A stretch of DNA of 63,994 nucleotides, the filler included, from Piptocephalis cylindrospora (lineage: Eukaryota), in assembly GCA_003614145.1 (NCBI GenBank). It is 6 parts of 6 records of this genome, joined end to end, with 100 filler letters (N's around TTAATTAATTAA, not from the genome) between each part and the next. Parts side by side here need not be neighbours in the genome. Positions count along the whole stretch, not along the records: positions 32,132 to 42,728 come from KZ988030.1; positions 42,829 to 53,404 come from KZ988031.1; 4 more parts are not named here. One strand, written 5' to 3'. The notes beneath the pieces were generated by a model. The model was not told where the DNA came from. It searched no databases and saw only the letters and a program-made list of their open reading frames with translations. Numbering within the stretch: position 1 is the stretch's first letter; every line of letters begins with the position of its first letter. Of the stretch, positions 37,517-48,913 are shown piece after piece. Made by a program: the position numbers and the translations under genes.

Positions 37517-37897
37517 TCAATTTTTGGTCTCATCGATCTTCCTGACGCAGGTTCCATAAAAGTCGTACACTCGAGCGCCAGCTGAATCAAAAACAACCTT
37601 CGTGGCTTTGCACTTGTAGCCTTTCCAGCATTGAAGATCGTATAGAACGGACGGACCAACGTGACAGGGATCGCGGCCGTCACCGTCAACAGTATTCTCT
37701 AGGCTCTCGAGTATTTCTTGTCTGCCAGGCCCTTCACGAGGCACGCCATTTTCATTATAGTAATTGGGAGGATGATGGAAATCACTATTCACAGCCGCTG
37801 TCGTCGGATAATCGTCTTTAGTAGGGGTAGGAGAAGAAGCAACAGTGAGTGTCATAGCCAGCATGGCAGAGATGAGTAGGATGGATGTGAGTTTCAT
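37517..37897 (-). CDS. Small secreted protein, 126 aa, 4 Cys
   Basis: Signal-peptide-like MKLTSILLISAMLAMTLTVASS; preceded by the CT-rich leader seen on real genes here; no family recognised. Confidence 0.7.
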   Translation of the reverse strand: MKLTSILLISAMLAMTLTVASSPTPTKDDYPTTAAVNSDFHHPPNYYNENGVPREGPGRQEILESLENTVDGDGRDPCHVGPSVLYDLQCWKGYKCKATKVVFDSAGARVYDFYGTCVRKIDETKN

Positions 37898-39232
37898 GAT
37901 GAAGATGAGGTGGGGAAAAGAAATGACGGAGAAGAGACCGAGGCTCTTTGGAAAGGGGAAGAAGATGGAAGGAGGATAGGTTTGGATGAGTTGGAGGATG
38001 AGCAGAATGGGATGGGAAAAAGGGTGGCTTCGGCCCGGCCTTTATTTAAGCCTTTTGCGATAGGGAAGAGGCATAGTGGGTTTAGGGGATCGCATCTTTG
38101 AAGGATAGAGATTGAGGAGAGATGGTTGGTAAATGATGCTGTTCTCGCACTTAAGGAGCCAGAGGGACAGAAGTGGAGCCCCTAAAGGATCAGTTCAAGG
38201 AGAATGATTGAGAAGAAGGTCAAGAGGCAATCTCCACTCTACCTTTCTCCGATTTAAGGGCTGCCATAGCACATTGTTTCACATTTACTTCTTATTCAGG
38301 GCTCCCATACGAGATATTCTCAGCGGTGACAGCCTAGCGCCTGTCAAGTCTCCTACTGACCACGTTACACTAACCATAGCTGAGACCATAGACCATTATT
38401 ATATCGATATATTAGTTTTCTGCCTCATTTTAAAGTCTTGGTAAGGAGGTAGATGACCACACTGAATATCTACACTGCGTTTCATCCTCTCCTGTTTTCC
38501 AACGGTTTCCACCGCACTCCAATGGAACTAACAGTACTTGTCTTACCCCAAGACCTCTTCTGTTCATTCGACCCATTTACTCTTTTAAAATGTGATCCAC
38601 ATCATACCGTCTCTGCTTTCCATAGCTGAATAGTCCGTAGTTCAGGTTGGCTGAGGAATATACCGAGAGATAGTTATTAGGCGGCATTCACTCGGAGTAG
38701 CCGGTGAACACTGGTCAGGACTTTGATGTACACTGTCAGAGAATTACCGCTTGCACATCGGAGGAGCGATGCCTTCTGGAGGATATGAAGATGTGCAGGC
38801 ATGTGTGTATGCGTCTTTGCAAGGAAGTTTTGAATGACTTGAGCGTAGTAAAAGCAGCTAGGAAGATTGGAGATTGGAAGATCAAAGACAAAAGAAAACA
38901 TCCAAAGTTCACTGTATCACCGCTCTTCTTGCTCTCCGTCAAAATTTTGATATTATACATCACATCATTAATCCCCAGTCTTCTCAAGGAAGCGTGAATC
39001 CTTGACGAATGTGCCTGATCTTCCTCTCTCCCTCTCTCCCGTGCACACAGACAGAGATGTGGGTGGCTTGCAGCAGGTATCAATACTTATTGAACAGACC
39101 AGGGATGCTAAGAGGGAGAGAGAGGTAAATGCTCATGAAAGAAATGTATATCGAGACAAGAAAAGGAGACAAATCCTGAGTGGTATTAAAAACCCCATTC
39201 TTCCATGAGAAAAAGTGAATGAAGCATCCTCC

Positions 39233-41575
39233 TTACGCCCTCAGCCTCTGAGACAATTCAACTTTCTCTTTAATAGATTGGGGGTCAAGATCTTTGGTGG
39301 AAATGTCAACGGGTCCATCCTCATAAGCTTCAATGAGATACGCCTTGAGGGATACGGCATACTGGGCATACTTCTTTAATGTCTTCTCCCGCGTAGGCGC
39401 CCCTTGAGGACCCTTGATCCATCGGAGAGCCTGAGCAAGGACTTCGCCAGCCTTCTTCTTGCACCAACTAGTCCATGCACGCTTCCTACCAGCCTCAGTC
39501 CAACCTTTGCCGAACCGATGAAGGCGGGTCATCAGCATGCGAACCTTCCCACGGTAAGATTGAATCGCAGCCTTTTCAGCCTTCTCCCCGGCATCGTCCT
39601 TTCTGATCTTGCCATCCGCCTCATAGAGATACCCCATGGCATTCACTTCAGCTTTCTCGCCCGAAAGAAGAAAGTGTTTGTCGGAAACGCTGCGAACCAT
39701 GTCCTTGTACATTGCTTGAGAATAACGGGCTTTGGCGTGAGAAAGGTCATAGAACTCGGATTGGATGTGGATGGCGCTAACTAATGTGAGAACCTTTTTG
39801 GAGACAGTGTCCTTGAGACCGCTCCACGGACCCCTGGATTGAGGGAGTCTCTCCAGGACGGGCCAGAGATATCGAACGAGTTGAAGAAGCTTTACCTTGT
39901 AGATCCACTCCTCCAAATGATCATCCATAATGTCCTTCACAGACTCTTGGTCATCAATGATGCCAGTTTTATCACCAATGTAGCGCCAATAACGAGTATC
40001 GCTGACCTTGGTCCATTCATACGGGTGGGCTCCGTCCTTTCCACAGAAGGTAAAGTATAGCGCCTTTCTGGTCCTTCGGCCACCCTTTTGCCCTCGAACA
40101 AATCGTCCAAACCATCCACGCTCCTTGAGCATATGGGCCATGGAGCGCTTTAAGTTGAGGCAAATATCCAGCAAGAAATGACTTATTTCAGCCTTGGACC
40201 TTGGATCAGTAGGGTCAGACTCGAAAGTTCTCCCAAAGTTCCTCAAGGCCGACCCAGGTTCTGTTACCGTCAACTCATTGTTCAAACTCCTGGAAGAGGA
40301 GAGGTCGGTTTGAGTAGGCTTGAAGGGATCGACATCAGTGGGTTTAGACGCTAGGTTCAAGTTGGATGTATCGGGACGATCTCTGGATCTATAGTACCTA
40401 GAACCCAACCTATCAGAGGATCCGGAGGAAGAAAAGCCAGAGGAGGAGGATGGGTCACCAGCAGCATGCCTGAACAAAGGGTTCGAGAGACTATATGGAT
40501 CGTTCCGTATATCTTCCTTCCACTGACTCAGTGAATCACCCTTCCTTTGATGAAACCGCCTTACTTCCTCATCCAGGACCTTTTGTTTCTTCTCTGCAGG
40601 AGTGAGAGAAAGCTCATCTAGATTACCAAACACAGTGGTAGACCAATTTTGGGGCTGGTCAGTAGATGCAGAGGTAGACGTGGAACCGAGGCTCTGACTA
40701 GGAGATGATTTCCAGGCTTTCTTGATGATGTACAGCCTGCGGAGCATCAAATCCTCTGCTTCATCAGCATAGTGGACTACAGAGCTCGCGGATGCCTGTT
40801 GATTGCCGAAAAACGCGTTCATGGCCTTGTGAAGGCTGGAGATGAAAGTTTCGAGCAAAGGGTCTTCGTAGGGTGTTTTCATGTAAAAGCGCTCAAGAGC
40901 CAAAAGATTCAGAACTGTTTTCAAATATTGCTGGAGTAGTTCTGGGTTAACTTCCTTCTTTTGGGTAGGATCAGGGGAAATTTGTCCTGAGTGGAGAAGC
41001 ATTCCGTAAACCGCTACGCTTATGCTACTGAACTCCTTATCCGTATCATAAAGCTCAGGGAGGAACCTGAAAAGCTTGATTTTCTTGTGGAAGGCTTTTA
41101 CGACATCAACATAGGACGTACTTCCAAAGCGGCGCGTCATGACTGAGCAATATGCATCGACAAGAGACCCGGGGGACCGTATTAGAAGACTGATGCTTAA
41201 GCGGTGGGTGGGAAGCATCTTACAGGGCTTTTTGGCTAGCTCTCTGTACTGTCCCACCGCCACATCCAGCCAGAGACGCTCCGATTTGGAATCGACAAAA
41301 TCAGGGACGTGGCCTGACTCTAACGCATGGGAAGCAGAAGTAGCGTGGGATTCGGGATGCGAACCAATCTGGATGCCAAGTAGCAGAATAAGCCCTCTGT
41401 AAATTTCATGAATGGGACTAAGCTTCTTCTGGAGCTCGGCTTTTTTCGTTGGGTCATAGGGGAATAAGGGGAAGGATAACGAGGAAAGGAGAACTGGAAA
41501 GTTAGAAGATCTCTGAGAAATGGATGTAGAACCCCGAGGAGAAAGGTTGGAGTAGTGATGGCCAGGAGAGGACAT
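39233..41575 (-). CDS. Hypothetical 780-aa protein, intronless orphan
   Basis: 2.3-kb uninterrupted ORF with no competing gene on the opposite strand; CT-rich leader and TATA-like ATATATA near 41820 upstream. Confidence 0.75.
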   Translation of the reverse strand: MSSPGHHYSNLSPRGSTSISQRSSNFPVLLSSLSFPLFPYDPTKKAELQKKLSPIHEIYRGLILLLGIQIGSHPESHATSASHALESGHVPDFVDSKSERLWLDVAVGQYRELAKKPCKMLPTHRLSISLLIRSPGSLVDAYCSVMTRRFGSTSYVDVVKAFHKKIKLFRFLPELYDTDKEFSSISVAVYGMLLHSGQISPDPTQKKEVNPELLQQYLKTVLNLLALERFYMKTPYEDPLLETFISSLHKAMNAFFGNQQASASSVVHYADEAEDLMLRRLYIIKKAWKSSPSQSLGSTSTSASTDQPQNWSTTVFGNLDELSLTPAEKKQKVLDEEVRRFHQRKGDSLSQWKEDIRNDPYSLSNPLFRHAAGDPSSSSGFSSSGSSDRLGSRYYRSRDRPDTSNLNLASKPTDVDPFKPTQTDLSSSRSLNNELTVTEPGSALRNFGRTFESDPTDPRSKAEISHFLLDICLNLKRSMAHMLKERGWFGRFVRGQKGGRRTRKALYFTFCGKDGAHPYEWTKVSDTRYWRYIGDKTGIIDDQESVKDIMDDHLEEWIYKVKLLQLVRYLWPVLERLPQSRGPWSGLKDTVSKKVLTLVSAIHIQSEFYDLSHAKARYSQAMYKDMVRSVSDKHFLLSGEKAEVNAMGYLYEADGKIRKDDAGEKAEKAAIQSYRGKVRMLMTRLHRFGKGWTEAGRKRAWTSWCKKKAGEVLAQALRWIKGPQGAPTREKTLKKYAQYAVSLKAYLIEAYEDGPVDISTKDLDPQSIKEKVELSQRLRA

Positions 41576-42728
41576 GACAGTGAGATAGGGCTAGAAGAGC
41601 AGAGAAGTATTGCTGCTGAAGAAGAAAGAGGAGGACAAGATCGTTACTGTTGAAGAAAAAGGGAAGGGAGAGGAGGAGAGAGGAGAAGAGAGGATCGTTG
41701 CTGCTGAAGAAAAGGATATCAACGGTGAAGGGGAACGTCAAGTTGGAAAGACCAGAGTTAATTGCAAGGAAAGTGAGTGGGATAGGACCGAAGAGAACGT
41801 CTGATGTGAGGGGATGAGGTATATATTCGCTCTTCTTCCCTCGTCCCTGTGGGCTGCCTTTGTACTAACGGGGAGCTTTTGATCTCCTCCAAGTCTTGGG
41901 CGTTTGGTAAAAGGTAAAAATAAGCTTATCAAGATGTTTCGGAGTTACTCGCTTCTTCTGGCGGAGTCGTAAACATGTGTCCTATAATTGAAATGCCAAC
42001 CAATCCCATATTATCGGAGTAACCCAAAGTATCATTCATTCACTGAGGCTTTTCTAGGGTAGCGGTTCTATGAGCTTCAATGATCAAGCCGATTTAGTCA
42101 TCCTGCTAGGCATTACGCCCTGGTAATGCTCATACTCAACGCTGAACGCTGCAAGAGAACCCCAATTATGCTCACCCGAGAAATTGAGAAGGTAAGGATA
42201 TTGTTGGATAGCGCCTACTATGCGCAAAGGAGTGCTATAATGACCTCGTCCCTCCCTCAGCCATGCACTAAAGGAATATGGATACCCTTGAACCACCTGT
42301 AATCTTATCTTTATCCTTCATGGGAACCTCAGCCCGATCCATGTTCAAGTACTCCAAGCCCCCACCCTTTGAATCCCCTTGTCTTCTTCACAAAGCCCTT
42401 CTTCTTTTACCGTTACCCCCCTCCTCCCCCTCTCCCCCAATACTCTCTTCTATGAGCCTCCCTTTAATGAAGAAGAGGTATAGGTAGCTGGAAATTCGAT
42501 CCATTTTCGCATTAGTCTCAAATACGCATCCCATTTATTTCTGGTTTTCCCTCTCTTCCTTCCTCGAGAACCCTCTCCTGATTAAGATATCCCTCGATAA
42601 GAATTGAATTCCAGCTAAGGGCGCATCCTCGTCTCATTTTACCGATCCAAGATTTCTCAAGATAAAGAAAGCCAAGCCCTGATTAAGATTTTCAAGACCA
42701 AATTTCAAGCCCTTCTAATTCCATCGTG

Positions 42729-42828
42729 NNNNNNNNNNNNNNNNNNNNNNNNNNNNNNNNNNNNNNNNNNNNTTAATTAATTAANNNNNNNNNNNNNNNN
42801 NNNNNNNNNNNNNNNNNNNNNNNNNNNN
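42729..42828. other. Artificial contig spacer
   Basis: N44-TTAATTAATTAA-N44. Confidence 0.99.
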
Positions 42829-42956
42829 AGCCCCTTATCCCGACCGCCCATTGCGTCGTCACCCCCCTGCCCTCCATGACCATCTCTCATCCTCCCCTCC
42901 CTTCCCCCTCTTCTCGGGCCAACCACCCTCTAAAATCTGTTCCCCCTTCCCCCCAC

Positions 42957-45900
42957 ATGTCCACCGCCACCACTCCTTCCTCGGTGACTCGCGTCTCCAT
43001 CCTCGGGGAGGATAGTCTGGTCGTGGGCTTTGGTCTCACCCACCAACTCGCCCAAGAGGTCATCTCCACCGTCAAGGCCTCCTCCTATGTCGTCATCACC
43101 GATGCTCATGTCGGTCCCCTCCACGCCCAGGCTCTGGAGGATGCCCTCTCCTCCGCCCTTTCCGCTTCCTCCTCCTCCGCCCGTGTCCTCCGTCTCACCG
43201 TTTCCCCCGGGGAGGTGTCAAAGTCCCGGGAGGAAAAGGCTCGTCTAGAGGACCAGCTTTTCTCCGCTGGCTGCACCCGTGACACCTGTATCCTTGCCCT
43301 AGGTGGCGGTGTGGTTGGGGATCTAGCCGGCTATGTCGCCGCCACCTTTATGCGCGGCGTCCCGTTTGTCCAAATCCCCACCTCCCTTCTCGCCATGGTC
43401 GATTCCTCCATCGGCGGCAAGACCGGTATTGATACCCCTCATGGGAAGAACCTCATCGGTGCCTTCTGGCAGCCTCGCCGTGTCTTCATGGACATCACCT
43501 ACCTTCGTTCCCTTCCCACTCGCGAATTCCATAATGGCATGGCTGAAATCATCAAAACCGCCGCCATCTGGAACGAGGATGACTTTTCCATCCTCGAGTC
43601 CCACAGTGAAGAGATTCGTCAAGCCGTCCTTTCCGGCGATGATCATGTCCAAGGCCAAGGTAATCTAGCTTCTAGGCGCCCTCCCGCCTCCTCTGATCAC
43701 TCACTTCCCTCCCTCACAATAGATCTCACGAAGGGACAGGCCCTGCTGCAACGCGTCATCCTCGGCTCCATCCGTGTCAAGGCCCATGTCGTCACCGAAG
43801 ATGAGAGGGAATCAGGTCTTCGGGGTCTCCTTAATTTCGGCCATACCATCGGCCATGCCTACGAGGCCGAGTGCTCCCCTCACCTCCTTCACGGAGAGTG
43901 TGTCGCCCTAGGCATGGTCAGAGAGGCTGAAGTTGCCCGTGCCCTCGGTCATCTGTCCGGTGGTGCCGTCGGCCGTCTCGTCAGATGCCTCCGCGCCTAC
44001 AAGCTCCCTACTGCCTGGGTCAACGACCCCATCATTCGGGAGCGTATGGCCAATGCCCCCACCGGGACCGAGGCCCCATCTCTAGATGCTCTGATGGGCC
44101 GTATGAAACTGGATAAAAAGACCGTCGATGGGGGCAAGTCCCTTCGTCTCGTTCTCCTCTCCCGTATCGGTCACACCCTAGAGGAAAGGGCCAGCCCTGT
44201 GGAGGCCAGCCTTGTCCGTGCCATCCTCTCCGACGCCGTCAAGGTGTATCCTGCCCCCCTTTCCCTCCCCAAAGATCCCGTTGTCCCCACCATCATTGCC
44301 GTCCCCGGAAGCAAATCCATCTCCAACCGTGCCCTCCTCCTCGCTGCTCTCTCCCGTCCATCCCAGGGCTCCTCCTCCTCCGGGGAATGCAGACTCAAGG
44401 GTCTCCTCGTCTCCGATGATACCCAGGTCATGCTCGGGGCCCTCGAGTCCCTTGGTGCTTGCACCTTCCGTTGGGAGGATCATGGGGAGACCCTGGTCGT
44501 CTGTGGTGCCTCCATCGGCCCCGGTCTCCAACTTCATGCCCCGGCCAATGATCAAGCCATCTACCTGGGTAACGCTGGTACCGCCGCTCGCTTCCTCACC
44601 ACCGTCGCCGTCCTCGTCGGCGCTCCCCTTACGCTGACCGGAAACCCCAGGATGCAGGAAAGGCCCATTGCCCCCCTAGTCACCGCCCTTCGTAGCATGG
44701 GTGCGGACATCACCTATGAGAACCGTGAGGGCTGCTTGCCCCTCCGGTACGGCAACACCAATCTCCGTGCCACCTCCCAGGGTAGCGCTCCAGGAGGAGT
44801 CCGTCGGGTGGAACTGGCTGCCACCGTCAGTAGCCAGTATGTCAGCTCCCTTCTCCTCTCTGCCCCCTTCCTCGCCGGAGATGCTGGTATGGAGATCACC
44901 CTGGTTGGTGGGAAGGTCATCTCCCAACCCTACATCGACATGACCCTTGCCATGATGCGTGATTTCGGTGCCACCATCACCCGCAACCCCGGAACCGACA
45001 TCTATCACGTCTCCCCCCTCCCCAACGGTTACCAAGCCCCTCCCGAATACATCGTCGAGGGGGATGCCTCCTCCGCCACCTATCCCCTAGCTTTTGCTGC
45101 CGTCACTGGTCGAACTGTTCGTGTCTCCAACGTCGGTGCAACCTCCCTCCAGGGTGATGCCCAATTTGGTCCCGATGTTCTGGGTCCCATGGGCTGTCAC
45201 GTCGAGCAGGGCCCCAACTGGACTCAAGTCCAGGGCCCTATCCCTCGTACCCTTGGGGGCCCCGGCCTCCACCCTCATACTGCCCAGCCCGCCCTAGACA
45301 TGGAACCCATGACTGATGCCTTCCTCACTGCCTCTGTCGTCGCTGCCCTCGCCGGTTCCCCCAATTCCCCCCGTGCCATTACCCGTATCCGTGGTATTGC
45401 CAATCAACGCGTCAAGGAGTGTGATCGTATCGGCGCCATGAATCAGGAATTGGGCAAGTTTGGCATTCGAGTCGAGGAGGATGCCGATGGCCTCGACATC
45501 TGGGGCGTGGGAGGCACTCAGGCCCAGGCCCATCGCAAGACTCCTGATTCGGGCTATGTCCATTGCTACGATGATCATCGGGTCGCCATGAGCTTTAGTA
45601 TCCTTGCCGCTGGACTCAATAGCGTTCCCCCCTCTTCCCCCCCTTCCTCCCAAGACCCGTCCGAGTCCGGAGTCGTCCTGGCCGAGCGGAGATGTGTGGA
45701 GAAGACCTGGCCTGCCTGGTGGGACACCCTTTCCCGGGAGCTTGGTCTTGACCTCGAAGGTGTCAAGGAGCTTGATCTGTCCTCCCATCAAGGTTAGCCT
45801 CTTTCTCTCTTTGCTTTTCCTCTGAGAGTGAGGGGGAGATATCATGTCATACAAGGGGAGAAATGAATGATGAAAAGATAAAGATAAATCTCCCCCGTGC

Positions 45901-48468
45901 CCTTGTCCCTCTCTCTTTCTCTCTCTTCAATTGTCTATCTCAACTCACTGTCCGATCCCCCCCTCATAGCCCAAGGGCAGACACGTGGATATGTGCGTCC
46001 AAGAAAGGATCAGAAGATGCAATCCATCGTCCTCATCGGTATGAGGGGTGCAGGAAAGTCCACTCTAGGTCGTAGGATGCACACTCTACTTAGTGCTTCG
46101 GGTTGGCGACACGTCGACCTGGATGAGGAATTGGAACGTAAGACTGGACGAATCATTCGGGAGTGGGTGCAGCAGGAGGGCTGGAAGGCCTTCCGAGAGG
46201 CCGAGGCTCTCCTGCTCCAGGAGATGCTAAGGGACCGGCCCCACGGCTGGGTTCTCGTGTGCGGGGGTGGGGTTGTGGAAACCCCCGAGGCCCGCAATAC
46301 CCTCAAGACCTACACGGGCCCTGTGGTCCATGTGTGCCGCCCTATCCAGGGTATTATCCAGTATCTTGAGGGGGATGGCACTCGACCTCAATATGGAGAG
46401 AGGGTTGCAGATGTTTGGGCCCGTCGTCGGGACTGGTACGAGTCCCTGGCCACTCATGCTTGGTGGACTGTGGGGAAGGGGGAAGAGGAGATAGTCGCTC
46501 TCAGGAGATTCCTCTCCTTCCTAGGCGCCGAGCAGGGAAGCTCTGAGGCCTCTGAGGTCTCTGGGATGTCCGAGTATGACGAAGAGGAAGGGTCTCTTAC
46601 AGCTAGTCGGATCCTACGAGAATCTAGAAATTCCACAGACCGAGGAACCTTCTTTACTAGTCTAACCTGGGGTTCCTTCCAACCCTCCGAGGGCGAGGCC
46701 CCATATCGGGAGGTGAGGAAGGTGGCCGAAGGGGTAGATGCCTTGGAGTTCCGTGCCGATCTTCTGGACGTTACCAAGACCCTAGTCCAGAACCTTCGTT
46801 CTGTCATCCCCTCCAAGAATCCTCAGGAGATTGAACGGGTTCTTCAAGGTGGGCTCGATGCCATGGCCGAGGAACTTGCCCTGTACAGGGCCAGTGGGGG
46901 TGGTAGACTCCCAACCATTTTTACCCTCCGTACCTCTCCGCACGGCGGAGTCTGGCCCGGTCCTAGCGAGAATGACGACCCCCTGGCCAATAGTACTGTA
47001 TGGGAGGAAGGCTGGTCCAGGATCCTGACTATGGCCTTCCAGTGGGGTGTGGAATTGGTGGATGTGGAGGTGGGCCATTCTCCAGTTTGGGAGGCCCATG
47101 TCCTGGCCATGGCCCGTTCCCATCCTTCCACTCATATCATTGGAAGTTGGCATGATGCCCCTGGTATCTCTGGCTGGAACGAGCCCCGGGTCAAAGCAAA
47201 GATGCAAGATGTCATGACTCTACTCTCTGCCTGTAACCGGTCTATTAACGGAGATGGGTATGTCCTTTCTTGTCCTCGGGGGAAAGGAACCGAGAGATTA
47301 CATCTAACTCCCCTCTCTCCCTCTCAGACCTAACGGTATGGGATTTGTCAAACTCATCCCAAGGGCAAATAAGGTGGAGGACTGTTTAGCCCTACGCTCC
47401 TTCCTCGAGGCCCATGCCCCTCCACTTACCATTGCCATGGCCATGGGAGAAGAAGGAAAGCTGTCTAGGGTTTTGGGCCAGGTCCTTGTCCCAGTGACCC
47501 ATTCGGCCCTACCATCAGCCGCTGCCCCGGGTCAATTGACGGTCCGGGACATTGGGGAGATGAGATCAAGGCTAGGGATGGGATCCTCTGGGTCCCCGAA
47601 ATCCTACTACATCCTCGGTTCTCCCATCGCCCAATCCCTGTCCCCTACTCTGCACGGAGCCACCTTCCAGGCCCTGGGCCTCCCTCACACCTATGGAAGG
47701 TATGAGGCGTCTGAAGTGACCCAGGGTCTACGAGATCTTTTAGTCCAAAGAAACTTTGGTGGGGCTAGCGTAACCATTCCCCTCAAGGAACTGGTGATCC
47801 CTTTGATGACCGGGGGGCTGACTCCGGCCGCTCAGATCATCGGTGCTGTCAATACCATTATGACCCGGGAGGGACAGGGACCCGACGCGCCCAGAGAATT
47901 TGTGGGGGACAACACAGATTGGCTTGGTATGGTCCGGGCCTATCATCGGGTCCAGGCCTCCTCCATCCTTTCGGGTAAACAGGGAAGTCGAGGTCATAAG
48001 GCCTTGATCGTTGGAGCAGGAGGCACGGCTCGGGCAGCCGTCTACGCCGCTCATCAGCTAGGTTATCGGGTGATTCACCTGTGGAACCGGACAGCCTCCA
48101 AGGCCTACGCCCTAACTCAATCCTTCCCCTTCTTCATCGAAGTCTTGGAGAACCTGCCCGAGGCGGCCAAGGATGGGTATAGTCTGGTAATCGGGACGGT
48201 ACCCGCGGGTTCTGATGTTCCATGGTGCGCTCCTGGCCACGAAGATCATTTATTTGTCTCCTCAGGCACAGGGGTAGCCATTGAGATGGCTTATGTTGGA
48301 GAGGCCAAGGCAAATGGTAAGGCTAACCTGGTCAGCCTTGCACGCGGGGCTGGATGGTCGATCGTGACAGGCAAAGAAGTGTTAGTAGAGCAAGCGGCGG
48401 AGCAAGCTAGACGATGGACTGGTCGATCCGGGATGGATCTGGTCATGTGGGAGTCCATTGGTCTTTGA
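42957..48468 (+). CDS. ARO1: Pentafunctional AROM polypeptide (DHQ synthase, EPSP synthase, shikimate kinase, type I DHQase, shikimate dehydrogenase)
   Basis: GGGVVGDLAG..DSSIGGKTG..LLNFGHT; PGSKSISNRAL, GNAGTAARF, SSQYVS, RVKECDR, DDHRVAM; GMRGAGKST; EFRAD..FTLRT; ASVTIPLK, GAVNT, NTDWLG, GAGGTARA; introns 45793-45969 and 47258-47327 join the three ORFs in frame; probable intron 43660-43722. Confidence 0.96.
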
Positions 48469-48913
48469 GAAAGGGAGAGTGTGTTCTGGGACATAAACTC
48501 CACAATTGAAGATAAAGCGGTGTTTTGACGTGTACTTGTCTACATCCAAGGACATATTGCGTTCAAGCACACTCCGCTAGAAAGATGTCTTGAACATCGA
48601 GATGAACTCTGGGTGACTCCCGATATGGATGAAAAATTATGTGAGAATGTTTAGAAGAGGAGGATCACCCCGATATGGGGAAGTAGCGTATCTTGGACAG
48701 GGGTAAAGTGAGTGGTAACCCCTGCCCCTATCGAATCCCCCTTCAATGCACATCATTCCACGCTTTCCTTTGAAACACCATCTATAAATTCGCCCTATCT
48801 TGTCTTTCCTCACCATTATATCCCTCCGTATCCCCATGACATTAATTGCTAAACCACTGACCATACCCCTTCGATTCACCTTCGTTTACCCTATTGCACA
48901 TCTTCAAAATACT

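Noticed and set aside
42577..42712. Short repeats (CCTGATTAAGAT x2, CAAGCCCT x2) near a contig end
   Set aside because: Too short and irregular to support an array or element
45793..47337. ARO1 split into three ORFs suggesting frameshift, readthrough or gene fission
   Set aside because: Canonical introns 45793-45969 and 47258-47327 restore a single reading frame
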